64,000 bases of DNA from Utricularia gibba (taxonomy: Eukaryota; Plantae; Magnoliophyta), in contig NEEC01000004.1 of NCBI GenBank assembly GCA_002189035.1, forward strand, positions 1,984,001 through 2,048,000, written 5' to 3'. The position numbers and the translations under genes were made by a program. Below, in pieces: positions 41,801 to 54,279 of the stretch. Under the pieces are notes generated by a model. The model did no database searches. It saw nothing but the letters and a program-made list of their open reading frames with translations, and was not told where the DNA came from. Every line of letters starts with the position of its first letter. Position 1 is the first letter of the stretch.

Positions 41801-42184
41801 TATAATATCTTATTATCCTATTTTGATCCCACATGTAGAAACGTGAGATTCAGATTGGGGAATTCGAAACCCTCGAGTTGTGATGTGCATGGATCTTTGG
41901 CTCATGCAACTCTGGGAGCAAGTTTGATCTATCAAAAAATTGGGTATTGGGTGATTCAACAGGTATTTTTTTCTCAAATTTGAGGCGTTTATTTCATTTG
42001 CTGGTTGAATGACCTTAACCACGTGGATTGAGCAACTGGGTGTTAGTATGTGTGATGTTTTTTGAGTAATATGGCTGTGAATTGTGCCCCTGAAACCCAT
42101 ATAATGTTGTTATACTTCTTGTGCCATATTGAGCTACATGTGTATTGTGGTTTTGTCATGGGTTGCGCACTTAGGTGTTGGTTG

Positions 42185-42972
42185 CAGAAATGGTTAGAGC
42201 AAATGTGGCTATAACAAAATGTGGGAGAAGTGGTGATAACATTAAGACCAAAAGACAGTGGAAACCTGATGAAGAGCGCTTTCTGATCCACGCTCTAAAG
42301 GATATCATTCAAGGTGGGTGGAAAGTAGAGAATGGATTCAAAGGTAATTACCTTCAAGCACTAGAGGAGGCGTTCCTCAAATTGTGTCCCGGCTCAGATA
42401 TCAAAGGCACTCCCCACATGCAATCAAAGATTCATAACTGGAAAAAAGATTACAATACCCTATCTGACTTTCTCAACAAGTCTGGTACCGGGTATGATAA
42501 CTCAACAAACACAGTAGATGCTAGTGAGGATTTGTGGGTGGAGTTCAAATAGGTATTGTTGTTCTAATATGTATGTAGTAGGTAGTTCCTATGAGATTAT
42601 TAATGTACACTTGTGGATTACATGTGCAGCACAATGAGAAGGTGTACAATTTGATGCGGTTTAAGCGTTAGCCTTACTATCCAGATTGGTGCATCATCTT
42701 TGGCAAAGATAGAGCCACTGGAGAATTTGCAGAATGTGTCCCTGATGCTGCTAATGCAACACAACAGGCTGATGACTCTATGGCTAGTTTGGAACAACCA
42801 TTGCATCTTCTTGAGTATCCTGAAGTGGAGGTTGACTCGGAAAAAAAATGGTGACCAAAGATCACATGATGCATCCTCTACATATGAAGAGTATCCCTCA
42901 TTAGGAGGGACTCCTGGAGGCCGCACAGGTAATCACACTACACCACCCGTGGTGATGAACCTAGGAAGAAGA
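42185..42972 (+). pseudogene. Harbinger ORF1 Myb/SANT-like DNA-binding protein; nonsense-mutated and interrupted by an LTR
   Basis: KRQWKPDEERFLIHAL..GWKVENGFKGNYL..SKIHNWKKDY..SGTGYD, an intron, then PYYPDWCIIFGKDRATGE. In-frame TAGs. The start position is approximate. Confidence 0.85.
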
Positions 42973-45080
42973 TGTTAAGTGCCATTTTCTTACTATTTCT
43001 TAGGTTTTTTTTATGTGTAATTGCGATTAGAAGTGTCTAATTAGGGGGTCTATAATATGAGATTTAGGTTTTTATCTAGTTTAGGGTAATTATCCTAAAT
43101 CTTGTATTGTATGTAATAATTTTACTAATTTTAATTGAGTTTTTCTAGAGGTGCACACGTGGCAGAATGTGAGAGAAAGAGGGTATCAGATGACGACAAA
43201 TTGGATCTTCCCAAGCTGACATTCCCTTGATTTCCAGAAGATTGCAGACGCCTAATCATGAGCCTTGACGTGCGGAACACGGGAGTCTCTGGCAGGTGGC
43301 ATCATTAGCATACCAGTGTCAGACGTTGCTTGCAAGTCATCCCAAGTTAACCAGAATCATAGGGACACGAAAGCTCAGACTCTCAATGAAGTTCAGTTCT
43401 GTTCAGACAAGTTTAGTTTTTCTTCAGTTTTTAGTTTTAGACTTTTGTTTCTCTCTCTAGAGGAATTTTCCTCTAGCTTCTTTCTAGAACCTTGTTTTGC
43501 TTTCTTTAGTTTGTATGGCCGTTCGAGGCTAGAAACTTTTATTTATGGGTAGGAACACTACTAGATCTATGTTTCGTTAGCTTATCTTCACATTTTCTCT
43601 GAATCCGAACGGGTTTCGTATGTCTTCGCGCGACTATGTTGTAGTCTTTCTGTAACAGTCCCCTTATTTAAGATTCATGGCTAGCTAATCACTAACCGCG
43701 GGTTTTGGAGAGGAGCAAGGTGGAGAGCACCAACTCACGCCCTTTTGGCAGGAGGAAGATTACGCTTTGTTTGTGGCCGTACCTCAGGATCAATGGACAG
43801 GTAGTGACCTCGTATCTGGACTCATTGGGTCATTGACAACACTCGGGCACACGCGCGCAATTCGGCCGTGAGGGTACGTTGGCACGACCTCTTATTCTCA
43901 CGTTCGTCCAAGGAGGAGCAACATCGGGCTTTTCCCGTACCTTCTTGCAAGAGTGTAAGAGAGGGTAGGAAATTCCTTACTCCTATAACCGGGTACTCAA
44001 GAAGACCAGAGAAAAGTGAAGACGCAATGAACATAGCTGGACAGGATTCCAAGCCCAGGAACAATTACTTTATTTAAGGTTCATCACTTATTTATTTCAG
44101 TTGTCTATTCAAAACCCCCATTGTTTTCTTACTCAAGCTTCATCATTAACGTTTCTCGCACCTTTTACTTTCTAAACCGTTTACAAATCGTGACAGTTTT
44201 ATTCGGGGTACCTCACCTTTCACTTAAAAACAACTCCCTGTGTTTGACACCCGTACTACGCTTTTGTGTTTTACGAGTTTTAAAAATATTAAAATTTGTT
44301 GTGGAAACGACACGCATCAAATTTTTGGTGCCGTTGCCGGGGAGTTGAATTTTTTTGTGTTTGGTGTTGTGTGTGTGAGTTTCGTTTTATCTTCCTTTTT
44401 GTTTTGTTGTCTTTTTCCTTTTTCTTTCTGTTTTTCTTCCCTTGTTGTTTCTTTCACTTGTTTCCGTTTCTGCTTTGTTTTTCTCTTTTTATGCAGCCAG
44501 GTCCACCAAGGGCTCGTCCAAGCCTGAGATCTTATAGAGAAGTTTTATATCCTTTGGACTAGGAGGTGGAACGAAACTTTCCAGTACTAGTTCCCACTAA
44601 CTATGGACCAGCACTACGGACCATCAAGGAGGAAATCACTGCAAATCATTCAGACCGTCCCTTATGCATCATTTTCGATGGAGAAGAAGACTATGGGCTA
44701 CGTCCTTACATATTCCAGATGCTTCCAAAGTTTGATGGAAGGGAAAATGACGACCCCAATCGTCATCTATGTGAGTTGCACACGGCTTGTGCATCCATGC
44801 GCCCCAAGGGAGCTATGGAGAATCAAGTCAAGCTTAGAGTATTTCCCTTCAGTCTTAGCGAATGAGCTTTGGAGTGGCTCTATGGACTTCCACCTTCATC
44901 TATCGCCACATGAGAGCAGATGGTTCAAAAATTCTTGGATCGCTATGCACCACTCTGAAGAGCTTCAGCCGGAAGGAGAGCCTTGACTACCATGATGCAG
45001 AGTGAAGGAGAAAACTTGCAGGAGTATTATGATCGTTTCAACCGAATCTACAACTCCTACCCTCAGCAATACTGAAGTCA
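42973..45080 (+). mobile_element. Athila-type Gypsy 5' part: LTR 42973-44319, tRNA-Asp PBS, degenerate gag
   Basis: LTR TGTTAAGTG...CACGCATCA. PBS TGGTGCCGTTGCCGGGGA (44326-44343) is complementary to the plant tRNA-Asp 3' end with one mismatch. gag reads LPKFDGRENDDPNRHL..VKLRVFPFSL..EWLYGLPP..QSEGENLQEYYDRF. No 3' LTR found. Confidence 0.88.
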
Positions 45081-45385
45081 TCTTGAGTAACCCCATAAAG
45101 CTACAGCTTTTTCTGGACAACAATAGTGCAAGACGTGAGGTTATGGTGGATGGGATTGTGAGAGGTCTATGATGTCGCTACACCTCTGTTTTTCCTTTGT
45201 TGTTTTGATCATATCCACTTATGATGTCCATGTATCATGACGATCATTTTGCTTTGCATGACAATATTACGCTTTACATGTTTGCCATGAGTAGCTGATA
45301 TCTGATTTCAGTTTGTGGTGCTGCTGGATATGTACACGGGCGTGGTTTAATCATAAACAACGCCCGTATTCCCTTGTTTAGTATA

Positions 45386-45560
45386 CCTGATCCAAATTGC
45401 TCCTAAGGGTCGAATGTTAATTAAGATTTAAAATAAATAAATATCCACTCGATCCAAAGTATACCTAAGGTTCGAAGGATAATAAAAATACTAAAATAAA
45501 AAAAGGTTCCATCCGAATCATACCTAAGGATCGAATGGTAATAAAAATATTAAATTAAGG
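45386..45560 (+). repeat. Three copies of a ~62-bp unit
   Basis: Units start at about 45386, 45448 and 45507, with core GATCC(G/A)AA..ACCTAAGG(A/T)TCGAA; same family as 47411-47650. Confidence 0.85.
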
Positions 45561-45716
45561 TATTATTTTAAATGAATATGCATATAAGAATATTTGAGAA
45601 TTTATGTTTTGTTTTTTGTAATTTATGAAGTGTATATTGAAAAACCCATGATTACAGTAGAGTGAGTAACATCATAATGTTCCGAAATTCAAACCACTGT
45701 TACATGCCATGAATGT

Positions 45717-46870
45717 TCAAGCAAGAACTTTGTAATAATCCCACATTGGGTGATTAGCATCTAACAGAGGTTGTCCAATTCGTGCATGCTTCACGAAACT
45801 CGGTATATCATTTGCTTCTAATAGACTTGAAGGAAGATGCGTATTTCTCCACACTCAGCTAACACAGCATCTCTTACATCCTGGTATGACGTCGGGAAGA
45901 AAGCGTAATCATGCTGTGACACAATAAGACCATGGCCTAAATGTCAGTAGGAAACATGCGTACCAGACCATATGATCGCAAATAGACTTAACTGGGTTTC
46001 TGATGGACTTGAACGGGGAGTCGTCAATAAGTAAGGTGTTGGTTGCATCATACCGACCCAAGAAGCCTTCATCTTACCCCCAAATCCGCGACAACTCCTT
46101 CAACACAGCAGCTTTTGACCTATTATCATGCACACGTACATGCGTTTCAGTGGTCTTCGATGCATCCCATATGAAAGCCAGCAAGGTGTCTGCATCAGGC
46201 CCAAACATGCACTTGGTGATCTCATGTAGTTGTGCACTATAGAACATAGACAGATGTTAGAGCATTAGATATCAGCACATGCTCTGCAGATTTCATGGAG
46301 TGGGATTTACGCACCCCTCGAAGACCATATACCGACATCAAAGTTTGCAAGACACCATTCGATGAACTCACGAGCAAAGGGCCTGAGGAAGACTGCCAAA
46401 CCAAAAAATCGATTGGTTGAACATGACACAGCCATGAGACAATGTTACGGTGTCTTACTATTTCTCCTATATATCACAGCGTCTTGTTTTCGATGCAACC
46501 TTTGGTACTTGACTTTGAAGACAATGTCTGCTAGCACTCCGTTGACATCCAACACAAGGAGCTTGTGCACTTGTTGCCTGGGCGATGAACTGGGGCCAAT
46601 GTATACCCATCTACTTTCATACCAATTTAGCCTTGCACGTAGTTGGGCATTCTCTTCCAGGATTTTGTCCACATCCACACTAGCAGTTGGTTGCGGGTTG
46701 TCTTCCTCCACATTTCTCCCTACATCCTGTTGTCGATCAGATGCAAATGCTAGTAACATCTCTTCCTCAATGATCACGTCGTCAGGTTTTGATCGCTCGC
46801 GTATCACTCTTCCTTGACCACACCAGAAGTGGCGAGTACCGGCAGCGTCCACCACAGGTGATGAGATCAT
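45717..46870 (-). pseudogene. HAD-superfamily NIF/FCP1-homology phosphatase, 4 exons, one in-frame stop and one -1 shift
   Basis: Exons 46870-46459, 46392-46311, 46236-45993 and 45913-45717, with GT-AG introns of 66, 74 and 79 nt in consistent phase. Motifs KLLVLDVNGVL, FLRPFAREFIEWCLANFDVGIWSS, TLLIDDSPFKSIRNP and IGQPLLDANHPMWDYY. TAA at 46074-46076; shift near 45826. Confidence 0.82.
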
Positions 46871-46909
46871 GGATGCTATACATTATCCCAATGAAGATAA
46901 ATGATACAA

Positions 46910-47180
46910 GATCAATAATCCTCCATTGATTTCAGTTGGGCCAATCACTAGATCAAGAGCAAAAATGAATCAAGAAGTGCTTAAGAGGTTATGGGCCAAT
47001 CAACCAAACTATGAGGTGTTGAGCATGGAATTCAACATTCTCAAAGTGTATCAACTTGATTAGAGAAGACCCATTACTATCAAATACATTATTATTACTA
47101 CTTTTCATCTATTTAAGAAGGCCTTACTAATTTAAACCCATAAAGGAAACATTCTGTAATTTATAATCATAAATTTTGAT
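46910..47180 (+). mobile_element. Gypsy 3'-end fragment
   Basis: PLISVGPITRSRAK motif, typical of the 3' coding end of CRM/Tekay-like elements, followed by LTR-like AT-rich sequence. Confidence 0.45.
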
Positions 47181-47189
47181 CTTGGTGTA

Positions 47190-47784
47190 TACCAGGCACT
47201 GCAAAAGTTTTGTCTTGGTGTCTACAAGACACCCCTTGTAGGCACTGCGAAACGCTGCTCTCAGTGTCTGAGAGACATGCGTCCCAGGCACTGTAGAATG
47301 CTGCTCTCGGTGTGTGGAAGACACGTTATTTTAATATTTTTACTAGCATTCGATCCTTAGGTATCGTTCAAATCGAGTGGATATTTGTTTATTTTAAATT
47401 TATATTAATGCTCGATCCAAAGTATACCTAAGGATTGAATGCTAATAAAAATATTAATATTAAAAATACACGCTCGATCCGAATCACATCTAAGGATCGA
47501 ACGCTAATAAAAATATTAAAATTGAAAATACACGCTAGATCCGAATCACAACTAAGTATCGAACGCTAATAAAAATATTAAAATTAAAAATACACGCTCG
47601 ATCCGAATCACACCTAAGGATCGAATGCTAATAAAAATATTAAAATAACGTGTCTTCCACACACTGAGAGCGGCATTCCGCAATGCTTGGGACACATGTC
47701 TCTCAGACAATGAGAGCAGTATTTTGCAGTGCCTACAAGGCGTGTCTTGTTGACACCGAGACAAAACTTTTGCGGTGCCTAGTA
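47190..47784. repeat. Fold-back: 173-bp inverted arms (47190-47362 and 47612-47784) around a 62-bp tandem array
   Basis: Manual alignment gives about 17 mismatches and no gaps. Array units start at 47411, 47473, 47535 and 47597. The arms contain a 46-bp sub-period (GGCACTG at 47195, 47241, 47287). Confidence 0.92.
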
Positions 47785-48230
47785 CATTGGTCTTCCAGGC
47801 ACCGATAGCGGCGTATTGCGGTGCTAGGAACACAATTCATCCAGGCACCGAGAGCAAATATTCAGAGTGCCTAGAATGCAATTCTTCCAATGTACATGTA
47901 GATAGTGTAGAGCATGTAATAGTTGCACCCAGACGTATGAGCCAACAGTGTGTGGAAACTTGAAGCATCCTTCAACCCTATCATATCTTTCTAGGAACTG
48001 CAAATTCTAGTTTCCAGTGACTGTATCACATTTGCTGTGACAACAATCCAGCATAAATAAGACAGTTCACCGTAGGAAATAACCCAATGTTAGAAGCAAA
48101 TCATGTCTGAAATAACTGATGTGTTTGCACAATATGAATACAACACAACGCAATGCTTATCAACTATTGGAAAATGAAATAAAATATCTTTAAGCCAAAC
48201 CAATAAAATATCAGGATTCATTAGTACACC

Positions 48231-49587
48231 TTATACCCTTCTTTGTGTGGTCTCTCTCCATTGCGCAAACATTATCTCCGCCATTGAATCCCGCCACTGT
48301 GTCCACTCCTCTGAGTTTCCTATAGAGGAAATATGTTCATCATCTTCATATTCCTGTGAATCCGGATTGCGGTACTCTTCCGGAATGACCTCTTCCCATG
48401 GATTAGTTGGCATTTCTCATCGAATAAAATTGTGAAGCAGGGCACATGCAAGTATGATACGAGTTTGCGTTTTAATAGGATAAAAACTATAACTTCGTAA
48501 AATACCCCACCTCATTTTCATTAGACTCCATGCCCTCTCAATAACATTCCTTGCAGAAGTATACCGCATGTTGAAATATTCTTTCGCATTCTATGGAGCC
48601 ATGGACCTAGCACCCCACTCTTTCAGATGGTACCAAACACCTTTGTAGGGTACTAGAAATCCCTCTGCGTTTGTGTAGCCATTATCACACAAGTAATAAT
48701 GCCCTACAAAAAAATGGAATACATGAAAGTTAGTCATAACTATGGATTTCTACACATTGTAAGCACCTACCTTTGCGTACAGTGAATGCTCTTTGTCGAC
48801 AAACTACATCTCGCAGCGCCCTGCTATCAGCAACGGATCCCTCCCAACTGGACAACAAATAGATGAACATGAGCTTATCATCATACACTCCTAGCACATT
48901 AGTGGACACGATTCCTTTACGATTCCTCCACTTTGGTTTATCCTGATTCTTGACTTTCACCTGAAAATATGAACCATCCAATGCACCCAAGCAATTCTGA
49001 AAATTAGAGCAGAAAGTTACAACATGCAGAATACACGTTGCACATCCACAACTATGAAGAAAAATCTTCTTGCATACCTCAAAAAATTTGAAGCTAGAAT
49101 TGGGATCAGAAACATCAATTGGCATAGGTGTCTTAAGTAAATTTTGGTGCAATGACAGCACCGCCGACAATACCACATTGAAATATTTGGACACTATCCA
49201 ACTGCTTTGCATGAATTCAAATTTCTGTTGCCTTGTTTTTCTGTGATGACCTAAAATACCCAAAAACAATGCAACTTCCTCTGGAACATCGACATACCTT
49301 GAAATGGTTAGTCCACCATTACTTCGAAGAACATAACATGACTTGTTGAAGACATCTGCACTTAATCGTAAGTTTTCAAGACAAGCACTCCTTGAATCAA
49401 ATAACAAGGCAGTCAAATGCTCTATTTGTCGTGGTATCTTTTCTCGGTATGAGAACCGAATTCTCCTATCGGTTGGTGTACAACAGAAATGCAACATTAT
49501 AACAATCATAACTCGCATAATACATAGATGCTGACCAACACAATGTGCCGTAGCAAGGGCAGCCAAAATAATCTTCTTTGAAACCAT
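48231..49587 (-). pseudogene. Harbinger DDE transposase (DDE_Tnp_4 type), 2 introns, in-frame stops
   Basis: CLGALDGS, WEGSVADSRAL, YYLCDNGY, ARNVIERAWSLMKMRWGIL and ACALLHNFIR; TAG at 48591-48593 and TGA at 48417-48419. Confidence 0.92.
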
Positions 49588-52500
49588 TGCAACAACCTCA
49601 ATAAGCAACGCACAATCTACTGCAATGTTCGGAAAAAAAAAAACCGACTCCATCATATGCGAAACAAAAAATAAGTACTCTTGGCTTAAATTGAAGTATG
49701 GGTTTTCGTTAAAATATCAGAATTCGAATTCACTCACCATATACCTAGAAAAACCCAACAGATTTGTGTTGAAGAGGATGAACAAATACACAGATTTAAT
49801 GTTACGAATTTTCTTATGGAGTAGAAGGGTATTATCGACCAAGTTGTATTTGTGTGAGATGGGTTTCTCAAAACCCACCTCACACGTGGGTTTTGTGAAA
49901 CTAGCAGCTGCAGGTTTAATTCGGGATAATACAAACCCTTGTGTTTTACTAAACCATCCCAACAAACACATACAACTCTTTTTACTCAAGGGTTTAGAGG
50001 GCTAAACCCACCTAACAAACGAAGCCTTAATGTTTCACCACACTTGGCTCAAAGTGATAGGATTTTACACTAAAAATATAGTATAAAAATATCAAAGGAT
50101 TATGTGTTGCTAGCCTAACACAGTCCCAAACACAATAGGCTTAAAATACTTTAATTTTTTTTAAAAAATAATTCTTCAATTATTCTCATATTCATCTCCA
50201 TTGCCTTCATACTCTACACTTTCAAATCCTAATTGTTCCTTCTTATTCTTCATTTGAACAAGATTTTGAACACTCCCCAAATTATCCTCGGATTCAAGTT
50301 TCATTAGATTAATTATCATTTTTATTCAAATTTCATATTTGAATTTCTCAAAGAAGATTTTTCTATGGAACTTTGTGAAAATATTTGCATGTTACCTACT
50401 TTATATTGAATCATAAGTTTTTTTTTTTTTGGTAGCAGCTTGAATTGCATGAAAATGCATCTGAAAATCTTCAACTTTATTGAAATGAAATGAATTTTTT
50501 GCTATCTGTGTTGCACCCTTATTGTCCATATAGAAAGTAGTAGGTTGAGATTGATTTAAATCAACTTCTTCAAACATCTTACAAAGATAATGACTAATTT
50601 GAGATAGATGAAGTAGAAATATATCTCACCTCTACTATGAACTAGACCACTACCAATTTTCTTTTCATATTTCATAAAAAAAGGTGTTTCATTGAACTAA
50701 AAAATATACTAATATGTGCTTTTACAATTTGTGTTTCCAACATAATCACTATCAAAAAAGCCTAAAATTCTTGGTTGTTCATTGTTTGAGCAGGAATAAA
50801 AGATTTCATAATCCAACGTTTTCTTGACGTAATGCATGACTTACTTGACTACTACAAAGTGAAAAACTTTCAGTCCTTTCACAAATCTGGAAAGAATATT
50901 AACACAATGGAACATATCTGGTTTGGTGTGACTAAGGTAAATCATATTACCAACAAAACTAACTTATACATGCTCACTAATAATTTTTTTCCCATCTACT
51001 TTTTTATGTAAGAAGGTTTGTTGACTATGTGAATAAAGCCTTTAAATTCAAAGAATTTTATAATTATTTCATTCTAAACTTTTGAAACCTGTTTTAGATC
51101 ATTTAGAACCTTTTTCATCCTTAATGTTTTGTATTCTTCACCTTTTTTTATAACCTTGTGGTTGTTTAGTAGATGACTTCAATGAAGACATCATTTTATG
51201 TTCATATGATGAACAAATCAGGCATAATGAGCTGCAAGATCTAAAAGCAACTTCACAATATCAAATCTAGATATAGATCTGAACATTTCACTATTATTCA
51301 CATCATATATCTATGAATATTCTTTTGTGACTAAGTTTAACTTTTTTTTTATCTATATATTGTTAGTTCTGTATTTCATTCTATAAATCCACTTTAAACC
51401 AATTGATTCAGTTGTTAGATTAGGAGATCCCTGCACAAGTTCTCATGTATCATTATTTTATAATGGAATTCATCTCATTCTGCATAGATAACCTCCACCC
51501 TTCATCTTGCACAGCTTCTTCATAGGTTGTGGGATCAATCATAACACAATAGGAGAGGACATCAACTGATAGGTCCACTGTTTGATTAATAATGTTATTT
51601 AGTTTAGTAAGTATGCTTTTTATCCTTACACTTTGATCTTGGTCTATGTCAAATGTACTTTTTGTTTCAGGATTAAAGGAGCTTGCATTATCAGATACTT
51701 GATCACTCTCAGTTTATGATGATGGCTCAAAAATATTTTCTTGAGATAAGCAGTAATTTGTGTTTTTTTTATTGTAGCCTCAGATGTGCTATCTTATTGC
51801 TCATAATTCTCCGTTTCAATTTGATTCTCATCATATCTTATTCCAATAGTTTTATTTCCTATTTCAATTTGATTCTCATCACATCTAGTGCTGCTGCATT
51901 AATGTGGAATACTAAACTATATAAGTAGTGATCCTGTTTTATAGAAGATAGCGTACTTATCTCACATTGATGATTCTCTTGGAAATTTATCTCACATCAT
52001 ATAACTTTTTGAAATTGGAAAGCATATATGAAGTTTGTCGAATGTCATCTTTAAAATCAAGAAGTTATCAGTAGAAAATCAAGAAATGAAAGTCTACCAT
52101 TACAATATACCTTGTTGAAGACCAACCAAAAAGAATTATGATGCATTAAAGTTGGTGGATCATACTTCTATTTTTATTTAGTGTCATCTAAAGATGAGAG
52201 ATTATAAACAAGTAGCAATATGGGCAAAAATGATTATGTAGACTAATTTTTATGGACGGTAAGGAAATTGGGCTAATTTGCGTTAAGTAAACACGAATGA
52301 TAAAAAGTGCTCCACGTAAGCAAGACCAAGCGAGACTCTTTTCCACTAAGTATTTTTATTTGTAGTGTGTCTATATATAATTTAGTTAGGTTTTTAATTT
52401 AATTAATAATTGTATAATTAGTTATTTTATTTTATTTTTCTATAAGTTTGTTATAATTAATAAAGAAATTTTATGTTAAAATTTTATATAATTTGATTTA

Positions 52501-52655
52501 TTTATTTTTTATTTTTATGCATTTTAATTATGTAATTTTTAAAACAAAATTTTTAGAAATTAAAATATTATAATATATTTAATTTTATTGTGATTGGATA
52601 ATAGTTTAGTATTTAATTTGTTTTAAATGATTTATTAATGCATATTCAATAATTC

Positions 52656-53724
52656 TAATGGTAATTCTGCAAGTGTACAGAAATCGTCAAAGTAATAAAA
52701 TAAGATCGTATCCACATAGAATTGTTATTGGAAATTTTTTTTTCAAAACAAAGACTTAGAAAGATTGAAAACAAAAGAAAGATTTGTTTTGAAGATAATA
52801 AGAAAACTGACCGTTATAGCATTGTCCCTTATTTTGTGAGATTATAGAATCAACCATGCCACCAGAGCCATTTCACCTCTTGTGATAACCCATGTTTTCC
52901 CCACATCTAAATCTAACCCCTACCCCTCACACCTCGAAGACAGATTAGATAGAATGTATCTTACCAACGATGTACGATTGAGCCCTTCTTCTTAGGAGCT
53001 TGAGTCCAACTTTTGATTCTCTCACACTAGCTATATGGTACGAAAGATCACGTTGGTAAAGAAAATGTTGCGAAAAACAGAATCAGACCTCAAATTAAAC
53101 GCTGGAAAACATAATAACACAGTCACACGCGCATAACTTGCACAAGCAAGGCTTCACAGCAGATACTTAGTCGCAAGCGCTCACACGTGCATGATTGACT
53201 CTAAACAACAAAAGTTGATGAAAAACGAAGGGAAAGTAATCCAAAACATGTTAGACTCGACTCTAAACCCTAATTTGACTCTTTGGTCATCCACCACTTG
53301 ACTCCCTCTTCAGGTCTTCCCATTTGGATCTTTATATAATTGTGGAGATTTGTCGGGCTTTCTTGATGGTTTCACATCAAATCTTTTATCTCAATCTTCT
53401 AAAATTTGATAAAAATCTTCTAGGATAAAATCCAAATTTTCTAAGATAAGATGCGAATCTTATCTTATCCGAGAATCTTTGACCGAGTCTTCATCCAAAT
53501 AGACCGAATATTTACCTCCATCAAAGTAGTTCGAAAATCCCTCAAATTATTCCAAATTCGTCCTGAAAAATCACAAAACACACTTTCCCTCCTAAAAGAT
53601 CAAAATGGTATGAAAGATATAAAATTCTTCTAAAAATATAAGGAAAGTGGGATAAAAAGAATGTAAAACTCATCTAAGATAGTTCTAAAAAGCACAAATA
53701 TAAGTGATACAAAATCACTTATCA
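52656..53724 (-). mobile_element. Solo LTR (Gypsy-type), about 1.07 kb
   Basis: Right end CACTTATCA (TGATAAGTG on the minus strand); AATTC flanks both sides (52651-52655 and 53725-53729). The left end could instead be 52668, which is also preceded by AATTC. Confidence 0.7.
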
Positions 53725-54279
53725 AATTCATTTATTTTAATTTTGCAAGTCAATTGATACTATAAACATTCCATTGGATTATAGTTTATTGCAAATGCAA
53801 GATCGTCATATTTCGAGTCGAATTTTGATCCATAAAGATTTGAACAATGTTTATATATTTAAGCATTGGGATAACATTTTACTGAGTTCTGAAGACTTAT
53901 CGAATTCAATATGATTACCATTTGTTAACATCATTGATAGAGAGTTGTGTCTAGAAACAAGAATATTTCATTTAGTTTATGGAAATGTAATTTTTTTTGT
54001 ATTTATTTTTTAACTATATTTCTAAAGAATATTCTAATTTTTTTTTCAATTACATTATAGAATGTATCCATTATTTGGGGATTTCAAGTGGGTGGTGATG
54101 ACATCTATATTAAAAGGACATTTAAGAATGTAAATAAATGACTATAATTTCTTGAAAATAGATTTAGATGGAGAGAGACTCCACTAAGAAGTGCAACTAA
54201 ATTTTCAATTTCCAAATGATATTCAGATATTAAGATAAAACAAAAACAATATTAGAAATCACAAAACAGATTATTCATT

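Larger units (their letters stand above)
41590..50026. mobile_element. PIF/Harbinger DNA transposon, 8437 bp including nested insertions
   Basis: 24-bp TIRs GGC(C/T)TCGTTTGTTAGGTGGGTTTA with one mismatch; TTA TSD at 41587-41589 and 50027-50029; encodes a Myb/SANT protein and a DDE transposase in convergent orientation. Confidence 0.93.

Noticed and set aside
47411-47650. Regular repeat array suggestive of CRISPR
   Set aside because: Plant nuclear DNA; the units are contiguous with no unique spacers, and there are no cas genes.
47888-47907. TAGTG as the right end of a CACTA element
   Set aside because: No matching CACTA left end with a 3-bp TSD was found, so the superfamily of the fold-back remains unassigned.
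50300-52260. Traces resembling Harbinger transposase and Myb-like relics
   Set aside because: Similarity is limited to a few residues per frame and cannot be supported without a profile search.
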